A stretch of DNA of 64,000 nucleotides from Promethearchaeota archaeon (GTDB taxonomy: Archaea > Asgardarchaeota > Lokiarchaeia > Sigyniarchaeales > SOKP01). Position 1 is the stretch's first letter; each line of letters starts with the position of its first letter. Below, in pieces: positions 40,301 to 48,813 of this stretch. The position numbers and the translations under genes were made by a program. The DNA lies in assembly GCA_019894975.1 (NCBI GenBank), contig JAGXNO010000002.1, forward strand, positions 32,001 to 96,000. Reading direction: 5' to 3'. The notes under the pieces were generated by a model. The model did not search any database, was not told the origin of the DNA, and saw only the letters and a list, made by a program, of their open reading frames with translations.

Positions 40301-41802
40301 AAAGTATTGAAAAAACTCATGAAAATCAGAAATCCTTTCAAAGTGAAATTGATAATCTAATTCAGCAAAAAGAAAAATTTTGGGAAATTAGTGAAAACAT
40401 ACAGAAACAAATTGAAGATAAGAATTCGGAATTAGAGGAAATCCTGGACCGATTACGTGCTCTTGAAAATGTAATGAGAATTATTAATTCAATTGAAGAC
40501 TTAAAAAAAGAAAATACTGACGCTAAAAATAGCATTGATAGTTGTATTAAAAATGTAGAACAATTTAATACTGAAAGCGATAAAATTCAATTAAATGTTG
40601 ATCAAAAGCAGCAGATAATAGATGATTTTCGGAGTGAAAAAGATAAAGAAGTAGAATTACAAAAAGCCGCCCAAAAGAAATTAAATAAATTCAATAACGA
40701 TTTGCAAAAGCATCAAAAAAAATTAAATGAGTTAAATAAAAATAGAGAAAGAGAACAGAAAATCTATGAATTAACCCAGGATATAAGCAATACTGAGAAA
40801 CAAATTGAAGCGCTAATCAAAGAACTAGAAAGCTATCAAACAGAACTAGCCACTGGGAACGAAAAGAAAGACGGAAAACAGGGAGAAATTGATAAATTTA
40901 CTCAAGAAAAAGATGATTCTTGGAAGAAACAGAAACAATATCAAAAAATAATATCAGATTTGAAAGCCGACCATTCTATGGAAAATTCAAAAAAGAACAA
41001 TTTTGAATCCAAAAAACTTATTTGTGCTGATCAAATTGAAACTCTTTTCCATCGCTCAAAAGAATACGGGTCATTACCACCTGTCACAGATGATCTCTCA
41101 GAACCTGAATTGCAATCCGAGATTGTAGAAGTCACTAAGAATAAAAAATCTCTTGAACCCGTCAATTTAAAAGCTATTGAACAATTTGACACCGTAAAGG
41201 AAAGATTTGATGAGATTGATATGCGCCGGCAAACTATTCAGAGAGAGAGAAAATCGATTCTTGACGCTATCGATAAAATTGAGCTGGAAAAAACTCGTAC
41301 CTTCATGAAAGCGTATCATGAAATTAATCGTGAATTCTCCCGTATATTCCAAAAACTCTCTCCCGGGGGTTCCGCTAAGATGATATTAGATCGCCCTGAT
41401 AAGCCCTTCGAGGGAGGGATCAGCATCGAAGCTCGACCCCGAGGTAAAAAAATTTCAAGCCTGGAAATTTTAAGCGGCGGTGAAAAAACACTCGTGGCGC
41501 TCTCGTTTATCTTTGCCGTGCAGGAGTTTTATCCCGCGCCTTTTTATATTCTCGATGAGATTGATGCAGCCTTAGATGGTTCAAATACGCACAGAGTCTC
41601 GATGGTCATACAGGAGTTTTCAAAGCAAGCGCAGTTCTTAGTCATTAGTCACAGAGAGGAGAATATTGTAAATGCAGATCGAATTTACGGGGTTACAATG
41701 CAACAATCGGGTATTACAGATATCTTTAGTGTTGATTTGGAGGAGGAAGCGAAACGTCTACTGGAACTTGAAGATATCGAACCCACCATTACGGAAAATT
41801 AA
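37348..41802 (+). CDS. smc: Chromosome segregation protein SMC
   Basis: GFKSF, Walker A GPNGAGKS, Q-loop VLQG, PVNLKAI, LSGGE, YILDE.DAALD, SHR; long coiled coils. Confidence 0.95.
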   Translation: MTYIKKISMTGFKSFGDRTVTIKLSSGFTCIVGPNGAGKSNIIDALCFALGRLSKKTMRAKSLEDLIFAGSRGKNPSQRASVTMYFDNSENVFPGGTESFEITRTIKRGGGGGYKMNGVKSTRQQILNALAAANVDPDGSNQFVLQGKIVELTHMNTENRRLFIEDLIGLQKYDEMKDATLKELEKAERDLGQFEAIFKEVSSQLKKVEKEKSDALAWKELDEKINFLNSQLIALKISKLRKEEDDLEKKIENSLKFIEEFDEKISRQEALLKQESLVMDNIQKTINEKEKEREEINENITQIKTKISSSQTTSNLAQKSIEKLSLEIKTLENLQMVLEEGQSIDLLIEGVSKDISECENNIEESKKEIELKQQTQSELDTKIKDNEEEKSLFNAEISKIQQNISSDNAQIKVLKENIQKNENKRNKLENELNKLIKEAESIDEAIEKTKKEESEVRKQIDNLKVKISEENQNQKDLENKITSVQEEKNQLNLQLSSLQSNLSSLNTEITMNNNNINDLKNKKSAIEKKIQELSKGKDTEDVVKELLRENENKNKVIIDLRTKLKEENSNYKKNEQNLELLRMKKFSLDSEINDNKGKIDNINTELKIFTKETTNLEREKNKLDIQVTTLNKNLLDIEKGLEKFTSKNVNIQRRLEELTKEKDGIVKKIESSDVEYEKNTQDITGILQILNMLTQNINISVESIKSNIQQSNAEAIENSAEDFKKFILDLVDIMKSVEEIGEDSAQTTETTEMIGSIMGTLKLFTDNADSTIGQLIERVKESADIEIQTSTTNFDTFVQDLMEILEDVYLSLRKLTMSKSQELYKQLDEISENINSQTDDLNLTDKRLTEANIQQKHDSENLSAFNQRLEEISKRNQEIKDRSTKVEEEINERKATINERENQIKDVDAEITKLEELKDAHWQNISKIQEDIENAQAELEKLRADLQELHGIQNLFENLTEIDETIQNLNRSIEEKKNVIATTQESIEKTHENQKSFQSEIDNLIQQKEKFWEISENIQKQIEDKNSELEEILDRLRALENVMRIINSIEDLKKENTDAKNSIDSCIKNVEQFNTESDKIQLNVDQKQQIIDDFRSEKDKEVELQKAAQKKLNKFNNDLQKHQKKLNELNKNREREQKIYELTQDISNTEKQIEALIKELESYQTELATGNEKKDGKQGEIDKFTQEKDDSWKKQKQYQKIISDLKADHSMENSKKNNFESKKLICADQIETLFHRSKEYGSLPPVTDDLSEPELQSEIVEVTKNKKSLEPVNLKAIEQFDTVKERFDEIDMRRQTIQRERKSILDAIDKIELEKTRTFMKAYHEINREFSRIFQKLSPGGSAKMILDRPDKPFEGGISIEARPRGKKISSLEILSGGEKTLVALSFIFAVQEFYPAPFYILDEIDAALDGSNTHRVSMVIQEFSKQAQFLVISHREENIVNADRIYGVTMQQSGITDIFSVDLEEEAKRLLELEDIEPTITEN
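41590..41802 (+). repeat. smc 3' end, copy A of the direct repeat with 59101-59313
   Basis: 213 nt; hand alignment gives 37 differences and 67/70 identical amino acids versus copy C. Confidence 0.95.
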
Positions 41803-41830
41803 TAAAAAAAGATAAATCTATTTTTTAACA

Positions 41831-42388
41831 ATGAGAAGAAAAAATCGTAACAAGAAATTATCAATTGTCGATCAGGAAAAAATAGAAATTGCTTATAATT
41901 GTTGGCTATTAAGATCCGAAGATAATTTGACTGTTAAGATAGATCTCTCATGGGTTTCTCGAATCTATAGGCTCTTTTCAATCATCCTAATTTTGGGAGC
42001 AATACTTTCTTTATTTTTATGCATAATTTTAAAAGAGATCAATTCAGGATTGGTTGCGTTTGTTATTTTATTTGTTTGCGCATTACCTTTTATTTATAGA
42101 TATGTTTATTTCAAAATTCAGACCCACATTTTAATATTTGATAAATCATCGCAAATGGTTACATTTCTTAAGGTGTTTTCTAATATAAAAAAAAAAATTA
42201 GTAACCTAAATTTTTCTGAAATCGAATCACTAATTTGTGGAGAGGATCCCAGAGATTTAAGCATTTATAAATTAGAATTTGTGATAAGAGATAATAAAGT
42301 TAAGGTGTACTATGGGGAAAAGGATCTCTGTAAAAAACTCGGAAATTATATATCTAATTTCATGCAAAAACCTCTAAAATACAAATAA
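41831..42388 (+). CDS. Two-TM membrane protein with soluble C-terminal domain
   Basis: 185 aa; two hydrophobic helices. Confidence 0.65.
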   Translation: MRRKNRNKKLSIVDQEKIEIAYNCWLLRSEDNLTVKIDLSWVSRIYRLFSIILILGAILSLFLCIILKEINSGLVAFVILFVCALPFIYRYVYFKIQTHILIFDKSSQMVTFLKVFSNIKKKISNLNFSEIESLICGEDPRDLSIYKLEFVIRDNKVKVYYGEKDLCKKLGNYISNFMQKPLKYK

Positions 42389-42408
42389 TACTTAATCTAT
42401 TTTTAACA

Positions 42409-42465
42409 CGGGTTACTGACGTTTTTAGTGTGGATCTTGAGGATGTGGCTAAACAAAAACTTGAG
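42409..42465 (+). pseudogene. Decayed third copy (B) of the smc C-terminus
   Basis: Translates as RVTDVFSVDLEDVAKQKLE versus SMC GITDIFSVDLEEEAKRLLE. Confidence 0.75.
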
Positions 42466-42487
42466 TTTAAAATAAAAATAAGAAATT

Positions 42488-44956
42488 TTAGGTTCCTTTT
42501 CTGCATTTACTACAGGGTTCAATGTTTTGGTTAACTAGCCGTTTAAAGTATTTGGGAGTCATCGTAAACTGATGTCGCCTCTGACATGTAATGTGTACTT
42601 TTTTAGTATTGTTTTCGTATTCTGAGCTGAGAGTATATTTCAAGGATTCAATCATCTGGACGAATTCTTTTTTCGCGGTTAGTAGGCGTTCTCTATTCGG
42701 ATGGTTTTCCTCTGCGCAGAATTTGCACCAGCTTCCTTGGTAAACAGCACCTGGGGTGGTGTTCCACGTGTGGTTTTTGTTACATTTTATAGTGATGGGT
42801 CTGAACCGTCCTTTATATGGGGTTACGAGCTGCCCTCCTTTATTCTTAACAAAGTGCTGAAATTTTTCAGCAAATACATCCATATTGCATTTGGGGCAAA
42901 GAAACTCAATATCTTTATAGGTCCTTTTTAACCAATATGGTGACTTTATGGTAAATTTATGTGCTTTTGGACATTTATACATTAATGGCGTTTTAGCATT
43001 AACATATTCACTAATCAATTCACAATTAAACATTTGCCCTATTTCTCGAAATTCTTCTGTTGTACCTTTTTTATTTCCAGCACATTCTGAGCACCAATTG
43101 TCTTTATAAACGGAATCTGGTGTGGTGGTCCACTGGTGCCCCTTTTCACACATAAGAGTTACTTCCTTTTTTTGTGAAAAATATGGTGTTATTAAAGTAC
43201 CTCCTAGGTTTTCGACATATTCTCTAAATTTTTTCGCGTGTTTATTTTCATGAATATTAAATTCTTTATAATCATATCTCGGGATGTCTTTTAGAGTCTT
43301 ACCTGTTTTTCTTTCATATTCTTGTTCGATATAGTCTTGCATGTTATCGTAGGGAACGATTTCGTCATCTGGGATTTGAAGGAGGGTAACTCCATTTTCC
43401 TCGCACAGTTTTAATTTGAGAGCGTCTTCTTTCTGTATATTTTTTAGCTCCTCATCAGTTTTTCGAAAAGCTTTTTTCCGGTGTTGGATTCCTTGATATT
43501 CGAAGGCTAATTGTAGATCTTTGTTGTATCCGTCAAGTTCCATTTGATTCCCGTTTTCATTAATCAACCATTCGGGATAACTTTTTGGGAACGGTCTTTT
43601 AAAAATCTTTTCGAAGAATTTTCTACAAATTGCCTCACTCACGTATATGTGACAATGTGGACACCAAGTGTCTTGATACGCTACGCTTTCATATGTGGGA
43701 AAAAAGTGATGGCCTTCAGCACATTCAAGGTGTAGTCTCGATTTAGCATTTTTCAAGGATTTTGTATGACATTTTCCCTTCTTTTTAGCGACGATTTCCC
43801 TTATGGTATCTATTGAGACATGTGTCTGGGTTCGTACATATTGTTGATATTGCTCTTTAGTGAAAATCCTATTTAATTGGTTTCGAGTGGAAGTATCGCT
43901 GAGTAAGAGCCATTCTTGAAGGTCGTATGCGTTGTATTTACCCGGATTTTCCATCATTTTTGCTTTAATAACCTTGTTTAAAGTGTCATTTTCTCTTATT
44001 TTTGTTGCGAGAGAGGAAAAGTTTGAAATTATTCCCATCTGGTGTTTGATTGTGCTGGTCCTGTCATCCTTGGGCAATTTGGCCAATTTTCTTCCCTTCT
44101 CATCTATGAAGTTGATAAAGGTCTTGGTTGGTTGGAAATTTTTCATCCAATTACCGGATTTATTGAATTCAATGATATATTGTTTTATTGGTTCAATGTT
44201 ATGGAGATACTCTAAAAATCCATCAAATAAGGCTCCTTGAGTCTTAATCGGATTATCATTGCTAATGTTATTCTGTTGATTTCCTAAGGCAGAACTGCTA
44301 AAATCCGATTCAAATGCTTTTAGATCATCTCGTATAACGTGTTCAAATCGAGGGGGTTCAGGATCATCCCACAGCTCAGTGATTATGATAAACACTTCCC
44401 TTATCAACCACCGCAAATAAATGACAAAATCTTGGCAAAACCTCTTATTTACTTTGATTTTTTTTTGTAATAATTTTAGCCACTTATCGAACTCTTTCTC
44501 ACGCATGTTGTATAGGTGTATTAGAAATTTATTTTTAACTCGAACTTGATGGTCCATAATTGGGCTAATCTTTTCGTAGAGATCATTAATGGTCTCTTGG
44601 TTTAATTCCAATTCTCTTCTAATTTGAGTCGTTTCATATTCTAATGATCGTATGTGAGGGAAAACGAGTCGAGCCACCACAATTTTAAAATCATCTCTAA
44701 ACCTTACGGGGAAGTCAGAGTCTTTAAATACCCGTTCTATTGGGCTTTTTCGGTTTCGAAGTCTATTATAAACACTTGAGAAAAAACCATTTGTTTGATT
44801 ATTATTATCGATTTTAATATCAATTTCAGTATCATCCTCTCTTTCTTTTTTGATTTCTGTACCACAATTTTGACAAACAATCGATTCACTGATATTAGTA
44901 GTGTTCAGAAGCTCTGCGGGAAACTTTGTCCCACAGTAATCGCAATTTTCATCCAT
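42488..44956 (-). CDS. Zinc-finger-repeat protein with a restriction-endonuclease-like (PD-(D/E)XK/Vsr-type) domain
   Basis: N-terminal CxxC..CxxC; five C-x3-H-x-[FW]...CxxC repeats; MELDGYN..L.LAFEYQG.QH. Confidence 0.75.
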   Translation of the reverse strand: MDENCDYCGTKFPAELLNTTNISESIVCQNCGTEIKKEREDDTEIDIKIDNNNQTNGFFSSVYNRLRNRKSPIERVFKDSDFPVRFRDDFKIVVARLVFPHIRSLEYETTQIRRELELNQETINDLYEKISPIMDHQVRVKNKFLIHLYNMREKEFDKWLKLLQKKIKVNKRFCQDFVIYLRWLIREVFIIITELWDDPEPPRFEHVIRDDLKAFESDFSSSALGNQQNNISNDNPIKTQGALFDGFLEYLHNIEPIKQYIIEFNKSGNWMKNFQPTKTFINFIDEKGRKLAKLPKDDRTSTIKHQMGIISNFSSLATKIRENDTLNKVIKAKMMENPGKYNAYDLQEWLLLSDTSTRNQLNRIFTKEQYQQYVRTQTHVSIDTIREIVAKKKGKCHTKSLKNAKSRLHLECAEGHHFFPTYESVAYQDTWCPHCHIYVSEAICRKFFEKIFKRPFPKSYPEWLINENGNQMELDGYNKDLQLAFEYQGIQHRKKAFRKTDEELKNIQKEDALKLKLCEENGVTLLQIPDDEIVPYDNMQDYIEQEYERKTGKTLKDIPRYDYKEFNIHENKHAKKFREYVENLGGTLITPYFSQKKEVTLMCEKGHQWTTTPDSVYKDNWCSECAGNKKGTTEEFREIGQMFNCELISEYVNAKTPLMYKCPKAHKFTIKSPYWLKRTYKDIEFLCPKCNMDVFAEKFQHFVKNKGGQLVTPYKGRFRPITIKCNKNHTWNTTPGAVYQGSWCKFCAEENHPNRERLLTAKKEFVQMIESLKYTLSSEYENNTKKVHITCQRRHQFTMTPKYFKRLVNQNIEPCSKCRKGT

Positions 44957-45086
44957 TTAACTGCAATAGAGTTAGGAGTATATAAAGAAAAAGATATAAC
45001 AATATATTTAATTCAAATATCTTCTCTAATTTTTTTCATTTTTTCTCTAATTATAACTACCTTACACAAAATTCTGCCCGACAAAC

Positions 45087-46296
45087 TATATATAAAGGAT
45101 TTACAATTATCCAAGATTAGTACAAAAATTTAGGTAAAAAAAATATGAAAACAACACGAAAATTACTATTAATCAGCTTCTTGTGTATACCGCTAACTAC
45201 TCTCCTCCTGATTCCTATGGCACCTGCTCAAGATATTATCTACGATGGAGCGGATACAGAGAATTGTCCATCTTTTTCTGTCTACCCTTCTGAAGTGTAT
45301 GAGTTTAATGTAACTGATGAGAATCCATCATTCCAGAGATTTCCTGAGAGTTATGATAAAATTATAATTCAAAAAGCAAATGTATCGGATCTCAACGTGA
45401 ATACTATTCCACCTCTTATCTATGGGAACGGTGTCAATGTATGGAGTACGATATATGAGATAAATGCGACTTCTGGAACAATCGACTGGTCTCACACAAA
45501 TTGGCTTTCTGCGTATTGGAACGAAAGTCTTGGGTTTTGTGGAACATTGAATTTAGCTTCTTCTGTAGCCCCATTCATCCCGTTGGATAGTGGCACAGGA
45601 ACAGTCTCAGTATCCATTCTAAATGCAGTTATTGATTGGATCAACTATTCTCAAGTTAAGTTTGAGCATAGGAAAATATACCCCGCCATCCATTCTTTCC
45701 ATATTTGGAATGAGTCAGTGACTCATTTTATAAAAGCTAATTACACTGAAGATGGAATCTTACTCAAGAGTGAAAATAATTTTGAATTTGACTGGGCATT
45801 TAATTACTCCTTGATGTCGCAACCAGCCCAATTACCACCTGTGTTTTCCTTTGCAACTACTAGCGGTCTCTCGACGGTACCTTCAAGACATATTTCGCTC
45901 GATCTTACAATTCCTGCTGCGGACAATAATAACGACGGATTGCCAGATACAGACTATCAATACAGTGTCTTTGAAAGTGGAGTGTGGTCAGATTGGGGTA
46001 TAGTGACTCCTTTTATCGACTATGATCTCGGATCAGTTCCGGCAGGGAATTACACTCTCACAGTCGAAGTGAAGAACATGTACGGTATTACCCAAGAGCA
46101 AATCGAAGTTGAATATATTCCTTCCAGCAGTGATGCGATTCCGGGATATTCCGCATTAATCATTTTAGTAATCTTAGGATTTAGTGTTTCTATTCTACTC
46201 GGTAAATATAGAAAAAAGTTGTAATACTAAATTTATAATTATTTTTTATTCTTTTTTTATGTTCTTTAATAATATTTTCTACTCTAGTAATCTTTG
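45087..46296 (+). repeat. Duplicated module 1 (promoter, surface gene, downstream region); partner at 50671-51846
   Basis: Shared TATATATA..ACAAAAATTTAGGTAAAA upstream and TTCTTT.ATAATATTTTCTACTC.AGTAAT downstream. Confidence 0.85.
45145..46224 (+). CDS. Secreted surface protein with IPGY-TM-basic (Loki-CTERM-like) sorting signal
   Basis: Signal peptide, DNNNDGLPD Ca-binding-like loop, Ig-like GNYTLTVEV, DAIPGY-TM-KYRKK. Confidence 0.8.
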   Translation: MKTTRKLLLISFLCIPLTTLLLIPMAPAQDIIYDGADTENCPSFSVYPSEVYEFNVTDENPSFQRFPESYDKIIIQKANVSDLNVNTIPPLIYGNGVNVWSTIYEINATSGTIDWSHTNWLSAYWNESLGFCGTLNLASSVAPFIPLDSGTGTVSVSILNAVIDWINYSQVKFEHRKIYPAIHSFHIWNESVTHFIKANYTEDGILLKSENNFEFDWAFNYSLMSQPAQLPPVFSFATTSGLSTVPSRHISLDLTIPAADNNNDGLPDTDYQYSVFESGVWSDWGIVTPFIDYDLGSVPAGNYTLTVEVKNMYGITQEQIEVEYIPSSSDAIPGYSALIILVILGFSVSILLGKYRKKL

Positions 46297-46580
46297 TTTA
46301 GAAGCTCTTCTGGGATTTTATAGGTAAGACCCTCAACTCCATGAAATTTAATCATCGTAGTAGCAATTCTTTTCCTTAATTCTAGATAATTTCCTTCAGT
46401 TGGTTGCCAAGCAGATACCGCACTAATTCCCTTTTCATCGGTACCAAAACATAACGGTAAAGGATTCGTCCCGATTTCAGCAGCATCAGGATCAGGATTC
46501 TCAAATAGTTTTTGCAGAATACTTCCTACTTCCACGGACTTACTTGGGGGATACCACATAGTAACAATTATGACTGGCAT
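46284..46580 (-). CDS. Small hypothetical protein
   Basis: 98 aa; GGGTGA Shine-Dalgarno before the ATG. Confidence 0.6.
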   Translation of the reverse strand: MPVIIVTMWYPPSKSVEVGSILQKLFENPDPDAAEIGTNPLPLCFGTDEKGISAVSAWQPTEGNYLELRKRIATTMIKFHGVEGLTYKIPEELLNKDY

Positions 46581-46712
46581 TTTTCACCCTCTTTAAATTT
46601 CTAACCATTCTATGAATTTCTCTTAAAAATGATGGTTAAGGAGTTTTGAAGAGTGTATCTTACTTAAACTTTTTTCAATTATGTCTAGAAACAGATTAAT
46701 TTGATTTGGATT

Positions 46713-48710
46713 TCATCTTTTCAAACGCTTTCTACCAAGGTATATGACTTCACAGCAGAATATTCCTGCTAATATGATTATACCATAGAACAGAATATCA
46801 TTTATAGTAATTTGGCTATTAATGGTGATTTCGGTATCACTTTCAGGAGCTTCCTCATATTGAAAGATGTAAAGAGTTTTCCAAGGAACCTTATTTCCGA
46901 CTGTATCTTTTGTGCTGACTCTTAAGTAATAAGTACCGTTAGACACTGAGGGTGGATCGAAAACGGTGTAAGCGGTAAAAGAATTAGAGATTCCGTTGGG
47001 ATCGGTGCCCCAATAATAATAATAACCGGCAACGTCCGTGTGATAATCAGATCCATCTCCCCACACAAAGATGGGATTAGAAACATTATTCTGAGTTACA
47101 CCACTTTGAGTTGAACCCGCTAGTTGATTACAAGTTGTCGGGTTCTCTGGGGCCGTACCGTCATATTTAAAAGTATAATACGTCATCCAGGAAGCATTAT
47201 TTCCAAAGTTATCCTTGGTTTTTATCCGTAAATAATAAATTCCAGTGTTTACTTGCGATGGATCAAGTTCAGGATCTGTTGTGAAAGAAATAGATGTCCC
47301 ATCGGGATCTGTGCCCCAATAATAGTAATATCCTTCCACACCGGCTCCTGAATCTGAGCCACTGGTCCAATTAAAGGAAGGATCATTAACTAGACCTTGC
47401 CATTTATCGCTTTCTGTATTCCCGATTAATTGTTCACAACCGAGTGGGTTAGTTGGAGCAGTTGCATCTATTTCTAATTTATAGTCCGAAATAAAATTCC
47501 CGTTGTTGTTTTCATTGAATTCATCAAGATAATCATCTACATCGATAATCCATCCAACATAGTAATCCCCACCAGGAATATTATCTGGTAAAATACCTGA
47601 CCATTGAGAATCAGTAGATTCAGTAGGAGGGAGAGTGGTTATTACGTCTGTTCCAATCAAATAGTCATCGTCTGAGAAGGTGGTATCAGGTGAAGCATAA
47701 AACGAAACGGTGAAAGGACTTGGTGTAGTTGTTCCAACATTTATGATTTTACAAGAAACTTCAAAATTAGTCACTCCAGCACCACCTAGGGTTGGAGTAA
47801 AACTTGCAAACTCATTACTTTCAGAAGCTAAATCAGGTTTATCAAGTAAAGTCTCATCAGCAGTAATCCAATTATTAATGCAATCGCGTTTATTCCAGTT
47901 AATTCTTGGCCCAAAATTAATTCCCATGCCAATCCAACTGTATGCAACGATAGAAAAGATACGACAGTTTGTTCCATCATATCTATATACGGGGCTTCCA
48001 CTTTGACCCCCTTCAATATCTAAACAATAAGAATGAGTATACTCATGGGCATCAATTCCATGGTCATGAGTCGAATACAAATTTTTTCCATTATCTAAAT
48101 CATACGGATAACCTGCTGTATTAAATATTCCGGTATAAATTGGATTCCAAGGAGAGGTCGTATACAGTTCCATCCATCCAGTCTGTAGTCCAATATCTCT
48201 ATCAAGTGTTAGTACAGCGAAATCATGATTACGATCCTCGTCACTTATCCACCGAGTATAAGTCCGCATGTTGATTGCCCATGCATGCCCAAATGGTTCA
48301 TTTCCATTATCAGCTCCCGGAACAACTTTTACACTATTTGCCCATCCTCCCCGTTCTTGAGAATAGACGCAATGCCCTGCGGTTAGTACGTGATTTTTAT
48401 CTATCATTGTACCTGAGCCATAAGTATTATAATCGTCCCATGACACAAATATTTTAACAATTGAACTCCAAGGATAACTGGTAGTGGGTGTAATTCGTAC
48501 TCTGTCATCAGTTCCACTTACATCACTTGGTACTATAAAAGAATTATCATCTTTTGAAGATTCAGGAACATTATAATTTGTTTTGGAATCAATCAAATAA
48601 TATGAAATTGTGAAAGATGTAATCAAGATGAGGAAAAGAGCCAATTTTTTATAGATAGGTTTTTTATCTGCCTTCTTATTATGATAATGAAATTTTACTT
48701 TTGGAATCAA
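46713..48710 (-). CDS. Membrane-anchored trypsin-like (V8/glutamyl endopeptidase type) serine protease with CARDB-like and two Ig/FN3-like repeats
   Basis: LTAGHC, DFAVL, GQSGSP triad; PDL...E.NENNN; repeated APxNP...YYYYWGTDP.G...YYLR. Confidence 0.88.
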   Translation of the reverse strand: MIPKVKFHYHNKKADKKPIYKKLALFLILITSFTISYYLIDSKTNYNVPESSKDDNSFIVPSDVSGTDDRVRITPTTSYPWSSIVKIFVSWDDYNTYGSGTMIDKNHVLTAGHCVYSQERGGWANSVKVVPGADNGNEPFGHAWAINMRTYTRWISDEDRNHDFAVLTLDRDIGLQTGWMELYTTSPWNPIYTGIFNTAGYPYDLDNGKNLYSTHDHGIDAHEYTHSYCLDIEGGQSGSPVYRYDGTNCRIFSIVAYSWIGMGINFGPRINWNKRDCINNWITADETLLDKPDLASESNEFASFTPTLGGAGVTNFEVSCKIINVGTTTPSPFTVSFYASPDTTFSDDDYLIGTDVITTLPPTESTDSQWSGILPDNIPGGDYYVGWIIDVDDYLDEFNENNNGNFISDYKLEIDATAPTNPLGCEQLIGNTESDKWQGLVNDPSFNWTSGSDSGAGVEGYYYYWGTDPDGTSISFTTDPELDPSQVNTGIYYLRIKTKDNFGNNASWMTYYTFKYDGTAPENPTTCNQLAGSTQSGVTQNNVSNPIFVWGDGSDYHTDVAGYYYYWGTDPNGISNSFTAYTVFDPPSVSNGTYYLRVSTKDTVGNKVPWKTLYIFQYEEAPESDTEITINSQITINDILFYGIIILAGIFCCEVIYLGRKRLKR

Positions 48711-48813
48711 GATATAACACGAAATTTCATCTAATTAATAGTACTTTTTAGAAAAAAGAATAAAAAGGAGACTATATTTCTTTCAAATATCATTTCTAAA
48801 AAATGATTACCAA

